From positions 2,410 to 66,409 of the forward strand of contig JBCKPH010000001.1 of the NCBI GenBank assembly GCA_038901755.1: DNA of 64,000 bases. The letters are read 5' to 3'. Each line of letters begins with the position of its first letter. Position 1 is the first letter of the stretch. Under the pieces are notes generated by a model. That model saw only the letters and a program-made list of their open reading frames with translations. It did no database searches and was not told the origin of the DNA. The position numbers and the translations under genes are program-made. This stretch comes from Burkholderiaceae bacterium (GTDB lineage: Bacteria > Pseudomonadota > Gammaproteobacteria > Burkholderiales > Burkholderiaceae_C). Below, piece by piece: positions 18,266-26,855 of this stretch.

Positions 18266-20679
18266 GCAGGTCCCGATTTACCGTGAAGCGAGCGGCGGTG
18301 CTGGGCGCCGGCGTGATGGGCGCGCAGATCGCGGCCCATCTGGTTAACGTCAAGGTGCCGGTGCTGCTGTTTGACCTGCCGCCTAAGGAGGGGCCAAAGA
18401 ACGGCATCGTGACCAAGGCAATTGAAGGGCTGAAGAAACTCAAGCCTTCGCCATTGGGTGTCGTCGATGACGCGTCGCTGATCGAGCCAGCGAATTACGA
18501 GGAACATCTGGGGCGCTTGCGCGACTGTGATCTGATCATCGAAGCAATCGCCGAGCGCATGGACTGGAAGCTCGACCTGTACCGCAAGATCGCCCCCTTT
18601 GTTGCGCCGCACGCCATCGTTGCTTCCAACACCTCGGGGCTGTCGATCAACCGGTTGGGTGAGGGCCTGCCAGAGGAGTTGAAGCCGCGTTTCTGCGGCA
18701 TCCATTTCTTCAACCCGCCACGCTACATGTATCTGGTGGAATTGATTCGGACACCGGCGACCGACGCCGGCATGCTGGACGACCTCGAGACCTTTGTCAC
18801 CAGCACGCTGGGCAAGGGCGTGGTGCGAGCCAAGGATTCACCCAACTTCATCGCGAATCGGGTCGGCGTGGCCGGCATGCTCGGCACCATGAAAGAGGTG
18901 GAGAAGTACCGGCTCGGTTTTGATGTTGTGGATGACCTGACCGGCAAACGGCTGGGCCGTGCCGGATCAGGAACCTTTCGCACCGCCGACGTGGTGGGGC
19001 TCGATACCCTGGGCCATGTCATCAAGACCCTGCAGGACAACCTGAGCCTGGAAAGCGACCCGTTCTTTGAAAGTTTTGCCACGCCAGCGGTGCTGAAGAC
19101 GCTGATCGAGATGGGCAACCTCGGGCAGAAGACACAGGCTGGTTTCTACAAGAAGGTGGGCCGCGACATCCTGCAGTTCGACCTGGAAAAAGGGGACTAT
19201 GTGGCGGCCGGGCAGAAGGCTGACGAGGTGTACGGCCGCATGCTGAAAAAGCCAGCGGGCGAGCGGCTCAAGTTGCTGCGCGAGAGTGAAGGCGCACCGG
19301 GCCGCTTCCTCTGGGCCATCCTGCGCAACAGCTTTCACTACGCCGCAGTCCATCTAGAGTCGATTGCCGAAACGGCGCGTGACGTCGATCTTTGCATGCG
19401 CTGGGGCTTCGGCACCCAGCAGGGACCGTTCGAGCTGTGGCAGGAGGCGGGCTGGAAGCAGGTCGCGCAATGGGTCCGGCAAGACATCGACGCCGGCAAG
19501 GCCCTGTGCCAGGCGCCGCTGCCGGACTGGGTGTTCAGCGGGCCGGTGGCCGAGTCGAATGGTGGTGCCGGGGGCGTTCATACAGCAGAGGGTTCCTGGA
19601 GCCCGTCAGCGGGCAGGTTTCTGCCACAACACAGTCCGCCGGTCTATGCACGGCAGCATTTCCGCGAGGCCGTGTTCGGCTCGAACCCCGCGCGTTTTCG
19701 AATCGCGGGCAAGACCCTGCACGAGGACGACGCGATCCGACTCTGGACGCTGGACGACCAGGTAGTGATTGCCAGCATCAAGAGCAAGATGCATGCGATC
19801 AGCCCGGACGTGGCCGAAGGCCTGTCGCTTGCCGTCGATCTGGCGGAGCGCGACTATCAGGGCGTGGTGATCTGGTCGGGCGAAGAGCCTTTCAGCGTCG
19901 GCGCCGACCTGCAAGCCATGCTGCCGGCCTTCATGATGTCCGGCGTGTCGGCGATCGACGAGGTCGAACACGAACTGCAGCGCATCATGCTGAAGCTGCG
20001 CTACGCCAACGTGCCGGTGGTCGCGGCGATTCGCGGCATGGCGCTCGGTGGCGGTTGCGAGATGGCCGTGTATTCGGCGCGGCGCGTCGCCGCGATGGAA
20101 AGTTACATCGGTCTGGTGGAGGTCGGTGTCGGCCTGGTGCCAGGCGCTGGCGGCTTGGCCTACATTGCGCGGCGCGCGGCCGAGAACGCAGCACTGAGCA
20201 CCCACAAGGACCTGCTGCCGTTCCTGACCGAAGGTTTCACCGCTGCGGCGATGGCCAAGGTCGGAACGAGCGCCCTGGAATCGCGCAAGCTTGGCTACCT
20301 GCTGGAGAGCGACCTGATCGTTCCGAACAAGGATGAATTGCTGTTTGTCGCGATCAATGAGGTTCGCGCCATGCACCGCTCGGGCTACCGGCCGCCGCAC
20401 CGGCGCCTGTTCCCGGTGGCCGGACGCAGCGGCAGCGCCACCATCAAGGGTTCGCTGGTCAACATGCGCGACGGCGGCTTCATCAGCGCGCATGATTTCC
20501 ACATCGCCGGGCTGATCGCCAACGTGGTCTGCGGGGGTGAGGTGGACAGTGGCACCCTGGTCAGCGAGGAGTATCTGATGACTCTGGAGCGCCAGGCCTT
20601 CTGCTCGCTGCTGACTCACCCCAAGACGCAGGAGCGCATCATGGGCATGCTCGGCTCGGGCAAGCCGCTGCGCAACTAG
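18262..20679 (+). CDS. Bifunctional 3-hydroxyacyl-CoA dehydrogenase / enoyl-CoA hydratase
   Basis: N-terminal NAD site AVLGAGVMGAQIAAH. Crotonase fold in the C-terminal third. 805 aa. Confidence 0.9.
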   Translation: MSRSRFTVKRAAVLGAGVMGAQIAAHLVNVKVPVLLFDLPPKEGPKNGIVTKAIEGLKKLKPSPLGVVDDASLIEPANYEEHLGRLRDCDLIIEAIAERMDWKLDLYRKIAPFVAPHAIVASNTSGLSINRLGEGLPEELKPRFCGIHFFNPPRYMYLVELIRTPATDAGMLDDLETFVTSTLGKGVVRAKDSPNFIANRVGVAGMLGTMKEVEKYRLGFDVVDDLTGKRLGRAGSGTFRTADVVGLDTLGHVIKTLQDNLSLESDPFFESFATPAVLKTLIEMGNLGQKTQAGFYKKVGRDILQFDLEKGDYVAAGQKADEVYGRMLKKPAGERLKLLRESEGAPGRFLWAILRNSFHYAAVHLESIAETARDVDLCMRWGFGTQQGPFELWQEAGWKQVAQWVRQDIDAGKALCQAPLPDWVFSGPVAESNGGAGGVHTAEGSWSPSAGRFLPQHSPPVYARQHFREAVFGSNPARFRIAGKTLHEDDAIRLWTLDDQVVIASIKSKMHAISPDVAEGLSLAVDLAERDYQGVVIWSGEEPFSVGADLQAMLPAFMMSGVSAIDEVEHELQRIMLKLRYANVPVVAAIRGMALGGGCEMAVYSARRVAAMESYIGLVEVGVGLVPGAGGLAYIARRAAENAALSTHKDLLPFLTEGFTAAAMAKVGTSALESRKLGYLLESDLIVPNKDELLFVAINEVRAMHRSGYRPPHRRLFPVAGRSGSATIKGSLVNMRDGGFISAHDFHIAGLIANVVCGGEVDSGTLVSEEYLMTLERQAFCSLLTHPKTQERIMGMLGSGKPLRN

Positions 20680-20688
20680 GAGCGCAAC

Positions 20689-21885
20689 ATGAAACAGATC
20701 CAGGACGCCTACATCGTCGCTGCAACGCGCACCCCCATCGGCCGCTCGCACCGGGGCTTCTTTCGCAACACGCGGCCTGATGACTTGCTGGCGGCGGTGC
20801 TCAAGTCGGCGCTGGGCCAGGTCCCTGGCCTGGACCCGAAAGCCATCGAAGACCTTATCTGTGGCTGCGCCATTCCCGAGGCACAGCAGGGCCTGAACGT
20901 GGCGCGCATCGGCGCCGTGCTGGCCGGCTTGCCCAATAGCGTGGGTGGCATCACGGTGAACCGCTTTTGTGCCTCGGGCCTGTCCGCCGTGCAGATGGCG
21001 GCGGATCGCATCCGTGTCGGCGAGGCCGAGGTGATGATTGCCGCCGGCACCGAGAGCATGAGCATGGTGCCGATGATGGGTAACGCGCCGTCGTTGTCGC
21101 CCGCGATCTTCGGCGACGATGAAAACGTTGGCATTGCCTACGGCATGGGATTGACGGCCGAAAAGGTGGCGCGGCAATGGCAGGTGTCGCGCGAGAGGCA
21201 GGACGAGTTTGCCTACCAGTCGCATATGAAGGCGTTGGCAGCAATGAAGGCTGGCCATTTCAGCGACGAGATGACCGCGGTCGAGGTGACGGAGCGAACG
21301 CCCAATCTGGAAACGGGCGAGGTCAGCACCAGTTCACGCACGGTGAGCCTGGACGAGGGGGCGCGCGCCGACACCAGCCTGGAAGGACTGGCCAAACTGC
21401 GCGCCGTGTTTGCCGCGCGCGGCAGCGTCACCGCCGGCAACAGCTCGCAAACGTCGGACGGCGCCGGGGCGCTGATCCTGGTCAGCGAAAGGGCGCTGAA
21501 GCAGTTCAATCTCACGCCGCTGGCGCGCTTTGTCAGTTTTGCCTCGCGTGGCGTGCCGCCGCACATCATGGGCATTGGGCCGATCGAAGCCATTCCGGCG
21601 GCGCTGCGCTCGGCTGGCCTGAAGCAGGACGACATGGACTGGATCGAGTTGAACGAAGCCTTCGCCGCGCAGTCGCTGGCCGTCATCAACACGCTTGGAC
21701 TGGACCCGGCCAAGGTCAATCCCATGGGCGGCGCGATTGCGCTCGGCCATCCGCTCGGCGCCACCGGCGCCATCCGTTCGGCCACCGTGGTGCACGCCTT
21801 GCGGCGCAACAAGCTGCGCTACGGCATGGTCACCATGTGCGTCGGCATGGGGCAGGGCGCGGCCGGTATCTTCGAGCGGGTTTGA
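20689..21885 (+). CDS. Acetyl-CoA C-acyltransferase (thiolase)
   Basis: NRFCASGL active-site Cys region. C-terminal NPMGGAIALGHPLGATG...CVGMGQG. Confidence 0.9.
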   Translation: MKQIQDAYIVAATRTPIGRSHRGFFRNTRPDDLLAAVLKSALGQVPGLDPKAIEDLICGCAIPEAQQGLNVARIGAVLAGLPNSVGGITVNRFCASGLSAVQMAADRIRVGEAEVMIAAGTESMSMVPMMGNAPSLSPAIFGDDENVGIAYGMGLTAEKVARQWQVSRERQDEFAYQSHMKALAAMKAGHFSDEMTAVEVTERTPNLETGEVSTSSRTVSLDEGARADTSLEGLAKLRAVFAARGSVTAGNSSQTSDGAGALILVSERALKQFNLTPLARFVSFASRGVPPHIMGIGPIEAIPAALRSAGLKQDDMDWIELNEAFAAQSLAVINTLGLDPAKVNPMGGAIALGHPLGATGAIRSATVVHALRRNKLRYGMVTMCVGMGQGAAGIFERV

Positions 21886-21939
21886 GCGTGAGCCGCCGGG
21901 CCGCTCCCAAGGCGAACAGCGCAGCGCGCAGCTTGTCCA

Positions 21940-22167
21940 ATGACCCAAGCCAAGGTTGCGCTCGTGATCGGCGCGGGTGACGCCACCGGTGGCGCCATCG
22001 ACACCGCCTTCATCCGCGACAACTTTCCCGAGCGTTATGCGCTGAAGCAGAACGACGGCATCCTGAAGCCCGAGAACATCGCCGACCAGTACTGGATGCT
22101 GCACAGCCAACCGCGCGCTGCCTGGACCTTCGAGCTCGATCTTCGTCCATGGATCGAGAAGTTCTGA
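21940..22167 (+). pseudogene. SDR remnant with large internal in-frame deletion (75 aa)
   Basis: The Rossmann start KVALVIGAGDATGGAI is joined directly to a C-terminal tail DTAFIRDNFPERYALKQNDGILKPENIADQYWMLHSQPRAAWTFELDLRPWIEKF. The catalytic core of about 170 aa is missing. Confidence 0.55.
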
Positions 22168-22234
22168 GCGATCGGTCGCCCGCCGACAACCCGAAGTCAC
22201 CCGCAAACCCAGTGACAGCAGCCTGAGGACCCCC

Positions 22235-22999
22235 ATGAGCGACATACTGACCCACGCCGAAGCCGGCGTCATGACCGTTACGCTGAACCGCGTGGACAAG
22301 AAGAACTCGATCACGTCCGACATGTACGCGGCGCTGGCCGACGCCCTGCAGCAGGCCGAGGCCGATGCCGCCATCCGCGTGCTGGTGTTCCAGGGACACG
22401 CCACCATCTTCAGCGCCGGCAATGACATTGGCGACTTCCTGCACCGGCCACCCTCCGGCGCCGATTCACCGGTGTACCGATTCCTGCGGGGCATTGCCGG
22501 CTTTTCCAAGCCGCTGATCGCGGCGGTCTGCGGCCCGGCGGTCGGCGTCGGCACCACCATGCTGCTGCATTGCGACCTGGTCTACGCCGGCGACAACGCG
22601 GCCTTCAGTCTGCCGTTTGTCAACCTCGGCCTGTGCCCGGAAGCCGCCTCCACCCTGCTGCTGCCGCAGATGCTGGGTTACCACCGCGCCGCCGAGGCGC
22701 TGCTGCTGGGCGAGCCTTTCATGGCCGAGGCCGCGCTTGAGGTAGGCCTGGTGAACCGCGTGTTGCCGCCGACCGAGGTCAACGACTACGCCCAGACGCA
22801 GGCACGCAAGCTCGCGACCAAACCGATCAGTGCACTGATTGAAACCAAGCGGCTGCTGAAGAAAGGCCAGGCCGCGCTGCTGCTGCAGCAGATGGCCGAC
22901 GAGGGCGAGACCTTTCGGCGCCTGCTGGTCGAGCCGGCGGCGCGCGAGGCCTTCACCGCTTTCATGGAACGGCGCAAGCCGGACTTCAGCAAGATTTGA
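22235..22999 (+). CDS. Enoyl-CoA hydratase/isomerase family protein
   Basis: Crotonase fold (FSAGNDIGDF...AAVCGPAVGVGTTMLLHCDL). Confidence 0.85.
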   Translation: MSDILTHAEAGVMTVTLNRVDKKNSITSDMYAALADALQQAEADAAIRVLVFQGHATIFSAGNDIGDFLHRPPSGADSPVYRFLRGIAGFSKPLIAAVCGPAVGVGTTMLLHCDLVYAGDNAAFSLPFVNLGLCPEAASTLLLPQMLGYHRAAEALLLGEPFMAEAALEVGLVNRVLPPTEVNDYAQTQARKLATKPISALIETKRLLKKGQAALLLQQMADEGETFRRLLVEPAAREAFTAFMERRKPDFSKI

Positions 23000-23013
23000 A
23001 ACAGGAGACAAGC

Positions 23014-23841
23014 ATGTCACTCAAGGGCAAGACACTCTTCATCAGCGGCGCCTCGCGCGGCATCGGTCTGGCCATCGCCAAGCGCGCCGCGGCCGACGGC
23101 GCCAATATCGTGGTGGCGGCGAAAACCACCGAGATCAATCCCAAGCTGCCCGGAACCATCTACTCGGCGGCGGCCGAGATCGAGGCTGCGGGCGGCCAGG
23201 CGCTGGCCCAGCAGTGTGACATCCGGGACGAGGCCTCGGTGCTGGCGGCGGTGCAGGCGGCGATCGAGCGCTTTGGCGGCATCGACGTGCTGGTCAACAA
23301 CGCCAGCGCCATCAACCTGACCAACACCGAAGCGACGCCGATGAAGCGCTACGACCTGATGAACGGCGTCAATGCGCGCGGCACCTATCTGTGCACCATG
23401 GCCTGCTTGCCGGCACTGAAGAAGTCCGCCGCCGCCGGGCGCAATCCCCATGTGCTGACCATGTCACCTCCGCTGTCGATGAAGACCCACTGGTTCGAAC
23501 GCCACACCGCCTACTCCATGGCCAAGTACGGCATGAGCATGTGCACGCTGGGTCACGCCGGCGAGTTCAAGCACTTCGGGATTGGGGTGAACAGCCTGTG
23601 GCCACGCACCGTCATCGCCACCGCGGCGCTGCAGATGATTCCGGGCATTGACCTGAATCTGTGCCGCAAGCCGGAAATTCTGGCCGACGCCGCCTATTTC
23701 ATTCTGACCAGTCCATCGAGTCGCAGCGGCAACTTCTTTATCGACGACACGCTGCTGGCCGAGCATGGCGTGAACGACCTGGACAAGTATTCTGTGAAGC
23801 TGGGCACAAGAAACTTCCTGCCGGATTTCTTTCTCGATTGA
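23014..23841 (+). CDS. SDR-family oxidoreductase (HSDL2-like)
   Basis: MSLKGKTLFISGASRGIGLAIA, YSMAKYG. AGGAG ribosome-binding site upstream. Start trimmed from a TTG at 22996. Confidence 0.85.
   Translation: MSLKGKTLFISGASRGIGLAIAKRAAADGANIVVAAKTTEINPKLPGTIYSAAAEIEAAGGQALAQQCDIRDEASVLAAVQAAIERFGGIDVLVNNASAINLTNTEATPMKRYDLMNGVNARGTYLCTMACLPALKKSAAAGRNPHVLTMSPPLSMKTHWFERHTAYSMAKYGMSMCTLGHAGEFKHFGIGVNSLWPRTVIATAALQMIPGIDLNLCRKPEILADAAYFILTSPSSRSGNFFIDDTLLAEHGVNDLDKYSVKLGTRNFLPDFFLD
23821..23841 (+). repeat. Direct repeat, copy 1 (last 7 codons of the SDR gene): CCGGATTTCTTTCTCGATTGA
   Basis: Matches 24738..24758 at 20 of 21 positions. Weaker similarity extends about 9 bp further upstream. Confidence 0.8.
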
Positions 23842-24022
23842 GCTGCCTTGCTGTCGATTTCGCGTCGACTCGTTCGTCGTGTCGTCCGAAGCCGGGCCCG
23901 GATTACGCATCATCACCAAGAAGAACCGAACATGCGACTCATGATCATTGTGAGGGCGTCGCCGCAGTCGCAAGGAGTTGATCGCCGGTTACACGCTGAT
24001 CCAGTTTGACCCGTGCCGCAGC

Positions 24023-24044
24023 TGTGTATAAAATTCTATACACA
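24023..24044 (+). promoter_or_regulatory. Perfect palindrome TGTGTATA-AAATTC-TATACACA, likely TA operator overlapping a TATAAAAT -10-like box
   Basis: 8-6-8 inverted repeat ending 9 bp upstream of the toxin ATG (24053). Confidence 0.5.
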
Positions 24045-24052
24045 ATGGTTTG

Positions 24053-24397
24053 ATGAACGACGAAAAAGAAATCCGCTGGGTGGGGTCTTCCTACGACGGT
24101 CTGCTGGCGTTTCCACAGGAGCCACGCCGGGAAGCGGGCTTCCAGTTGGGCAAGGTGCAGGCTGGACTCGATCCAACGGACTGGAAGCCGTTCGACGATG
24201 TGGGTGCGGGTACGAAAGAGATTCGCATCAAGGACGCAAGCGGCATCTACCGTGTGATGTACGTCGCCAAGTTCGAGGAAGCCATCTATGTCCTGCACTG
24301 CTTCCAGAAGAATACCCAGGCTACCAGCAAGCAGGACAAGGCCATTGCCGAGGCGCGTTACCGCGCCGTGGTCAACATGAGAAAGGCGAAGAAATGA
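24053..24397 (+). CDS. RelE/ParE-superfamily toxin (phage Gp49-like / HigB-2 type)
   Basis: IRWVGSSYDGLLAFPQEPRREAGFQLGKVQAGLDPTDWKPFDDVGAGTKEIRIKDASGIYRVMYVAKFEEAIYVLHCFQKNTQATSKQD. ATGA overlap with the downstream HTH gene. Confidence 0.75.
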   Translation: MNDEKEIRWVGSSYDGLLAFPQEPRREAGFQLGKVQAGLDPTDWKPFDDVGAGTKEIRIKDASGIYRVMYVAKFEEAIYVLHCFQKNTQATSKQDKAIAEARYRAVVNMRKAKK

Positions 24398-24726
24398 AGA
24401 TCGATACCGAAATCCGCCACGTGACGAAGCCGGGGGCAAACCTCTTCCTGGAGTTGGGGTTCGCGCCCGCCGAGGCCAGACGTTTGCAAGCAGCCTCCCG
24501 CAAACAGATCAATGACACACGCTTATTGAAGCAGCAACTGATGGACGAACTGTCCAGCTGGATTTCCGAACATCACCTGAAGCAAGCCGAGGCCGCCGAG
24601 ATTCTGATGGTCTCGCGTCCGCGTGTGTCCGATGTCGTCAACGGGAAAACGGCCAAATTCACCCTCGACACGCTGGTGGAAATGCTCAGCCGCGTCGGCA
24701 AGCCGGTCAAGCTGGCGATCGGTTGA
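24394..24726 (+). CDS. XRE-family HTH antitoxin
   Basis: 110 aa. HLKQAEAAEILMVSRPRVSDVVNGKTAKFTLDTLVEML helix-turn-helix. Translationally coupled to the toxin. Confidence 0.75.
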   Translation: MKIDTEIRHVTKPGANLFLELGFAPAEARRLQAASRKQINDTRLLKQQLMDELSSWISEHHLKQAEAAEILMVSRPRVSDVVNGKTAKFTLDTLVEMLSRVGKPVKLAIG

Positions 24727-24737
24727 TCGCTTTCATT

Positions 24738-24758
24738 CCGGATTTCTTTGTCGATTGA
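24738..24758 (+). repeat. Direct repeat, copy 2: CCGGATTTCTTTGTCGATTGA
   Basis: Would encode PDFFVD*, a displaced or alternative 3' end of the SDR gene at 23014..23841. Confidence 0.8.
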
Positions 24759-24830
24759 AGCCCGGTCCGAAAACGAGCACGAGGCCTGAACCGAAACGGG
24801 ACAACAATAGCGGGAATTCGATTCATTCCC

Positions 24831-26705
24831 ATGGGCTCCAACGAACAACGGCTCGAGGCCCATAGCGGCATGCTCGTCAGCGGGCTGACGCGGATCTTCG
24901 GCGACTTCAACCAGGAAATGCTGCGACGGGTGCTGCCGCGCGTGGAATGGATCGAGCTTGGCGGCGGCACGTTGCTGTTCCGCCAGCATGAGCGCGATGA
25001 GAGCCTGTTCTTTGTCGTCAGCGGGCGACTCCGTGCCTTTACCGTGGACGAGGCGGGAACACGCAAGGTGATTGGCGAGATTGCCCGCGGCGAAACCGTC
25101 GGCGAGATGGCGTTCTTCACCGGCGAGCCACGCACCGCCAGCGTCGCCGCGGTGCGCGATAGCGTGCTGGCGCGTTTTTCCAAGGAGGTGTTTCGCGAAC
25201 TGCTGCTGGCCTACCCCCTGGTCTCGCTGAACATGACGCGTCTGGTGATCGAGCGCCTGAAGCGCGCCACCCACGGGCGCCAGACGGTCAACAAGCCGGT
25301 CACGATCGGCGTCGCAGCCATCACCGCGCAGGTCGACCAGCATGGGTTCGCGGCAGCGCTGGCCGAGCGGCTCGCGCATCATGGCAAGACCGTGGTCCTT
25401 AGTTCGCAAGGGATCGACCAGCGGCTCGGCTACCCGGGCGCCGCGCAGGTGCCGTTGCATGAAACCGAGCGCGCACGCCAGGTGACTTTGGCACTGGAGC
25501 AGATCGAAACCGAGCACCAGTTCGTGTTGTTTGTCGCCGACGCGATGCCCTCGGAATGGACCCGGCGTTGCACCCGCCAGTGCGATGAGCTGCTGTTGCT
25601 GGCCGACGCCGATCAACCCGCCACAAGCCATCCGATCGAGCTTGAATACTTTGCCGCAGCCGATGGCGAGCGCGACGAGGTCAGGCGCCGGCTGGTGCTG
25701 CTGCACCCTGAGCATCGTCTTTCTCCAAGCGGGACGCGGCGCTGGCTGGAAGGTCGCACGCTGGCTGCCGGGCATGTCCATCTGCGGCGCAACCTGGCGC
25801 GCGACTGGCAACGCCTGGGCCGCCTGCTCAGTGGCCGCACCGTCGGTCTCGTGTTGTCGGGCGGCGGAGCCCGGGGCTTTGCCCATCTTGGCGTGTTGCG
25901 CGCGCTGGAGGAGGCCGGTATCCGCGTGGACCTGGCGGCCGGCACCAGCATCGGCGCCGTCATCGCCGCATTTGCCGCGATGGATTTGCCGATGGCGCAG
26001 GTGATGGACGCGGTGCGCCGCGCCTTCAAGGCCAACCCGACCGGCGACTTCAACCTGGTGCCGCTGATTTCCCTGATGCGTGGCGAACGCCTGAAGCGGG
26101 CGATTGACCAGGCCATCGTGGAAGGTTGCGGCCAGCATATTGATATCGAAGACCTCTGGAAGGGCTATTTTTGCATCAGCAGCAATTACTCGGCGGCCCG
26201 TGAGGCGGTACTGACGCGGGGCCACCTGGCCAAATCGATTCGCGCCAGCGTCTCGATTCCCGGCGCCCTGCCGCCCGTCATGCTGGATGGCGAGCTGCAC
26301 ATCGATGGCGGTTCATTCAACAATTTTCCGACCGACGTGATGGGCCGCATGGGGGCGGCCCGCATCGTCGGCGTCAACCTGCTGCGCGAGCGTGATATGA
26401 AGTATGAGATGGACGAGGTGCCGAGCTGGTTTGAACTGCTGCGCGACAAACTGCGAGGCGCTCGCAGCAGGTACCAACTGCCTTCGCTGACTTCGCTGCT
26501 GCTCAACACCAGCCTGATGTACAGCCACGCGCGCCAGCAACAGGCGCAGGCTGACGTCGATCTGTACTTTGCGCCGGGGGTCGAGCAGTACGGCATGCTG
26601 GAGTGGTCACAGTTTGACCGCATCGTCGAGGTTGGCTACCAGCATGGCTTGGCGCAGCTTGCCCAGGCGCCGGCGGCCTTGCTTGCTCAGCTGCGCGACC
26701 AATAG
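24831..26705 (+). CDS. Cyclic-nucleotide-binding domain / patatin-like phospholipase (NTE-type)
   Basis: CAP_ED-type domain (FFVVSGRLRAF...GETVGEMAFFTGEPRTASVAAV). Patatin motifs GGGARG, GTSIG and DGG. Confidence 0.85.
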   Translation: MGSNEQRLEAHSGMLVSGLTRIFGDFNQEMLRRVLPRVEWIELGGGTLLFRQHERDESLFFVVSGRLRAFTVDEAGTRKVIGEIARGETVGEMAFFTGEPRTASVAAVRDSVLARFSKEVFRELLLAYPLVSLNMTRLVIERLKRATHGRQTVNKPVTIGVAAITAQVDQHGFAAALAERLAHHGKTVVLSSQGIDQRLGYPGAAQVPLHETERARQVTLALEQIETEHQFVLFVADAMPSEWTRRCTRQCDELLLLADADQPATSHPIELEYFAAADGERDEVRRRLVLLHPEHRLSPSGTRRWLEGRTLAAGHVHLRRNLARDWQRLGRLLSGRTVGLVLSGGGARGFAHLGVLRALEEAGIRVDLAAGTSIGAVIAAFAAMDLPMAQVMDAVRRAFKANPTGDFNLVPLISLMRGERLKRAIDQAIVEGCGQHIDIEDLWKGYFCISSNYSAAREAVLTRGHLAKSIRASVSIPGALPPVMLDGELHIDGGSFNNFPTDVMGRMGAARIVGVNLLRERDMKYEMDEVPSWFELLRDKLRGARSRYQLPSLTSLLLNTSLMYSHARQQQAQADVDLYFAPGVEQYGMLEWSQFDRIVEVGYQHGLAQLAQAPAALLAQLRDQ

Positions 26706-26855
26706 CCTGATATTCTAAAATCGCGAATCAGATCCTCGACAATTCGCTGATTGGCGAGGACTCGGTGCTACGCTACATGCATGGATACGCGGCAAGTCTG
26801 CCGAGTGCCATGAATGTTTGATGCGAATCTGGGAACAATGCAGTGAAGGGGTATC

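Larger units (their letters stand above)
23821..24758. mobile_element. Putative inserted toxin-antitoxin cassette bounded by a duplicated gene end (no recombinase present)
   Basis: A 21-bp direct repeat flanks about 0.9 kb that holds only a promoter/operator palindrome and a two-gene TA module. Confidence 0.4.

Noticed and set aside
21940-22167. The 75-aa ORF as a genuine small protein gene
   Set aside because: Its two halves look like the extreme N- and C-termini of a standard SDR with the catalytic core missing. It is treated as a deletion remnant, with the caveat given in the findings.
24831-26705. cNMP-binding patatin as the effector of a CBASS-like defence system, with the adjacent TA module as part of a defence island
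   Set aside because: No CD-NTase/cyclase, no other defence genes and no mobility genes are present. The CAP-domain patatin (NTE-like) architecture is widespread as a stand-alone gene. It is kept only as a low-interest note.
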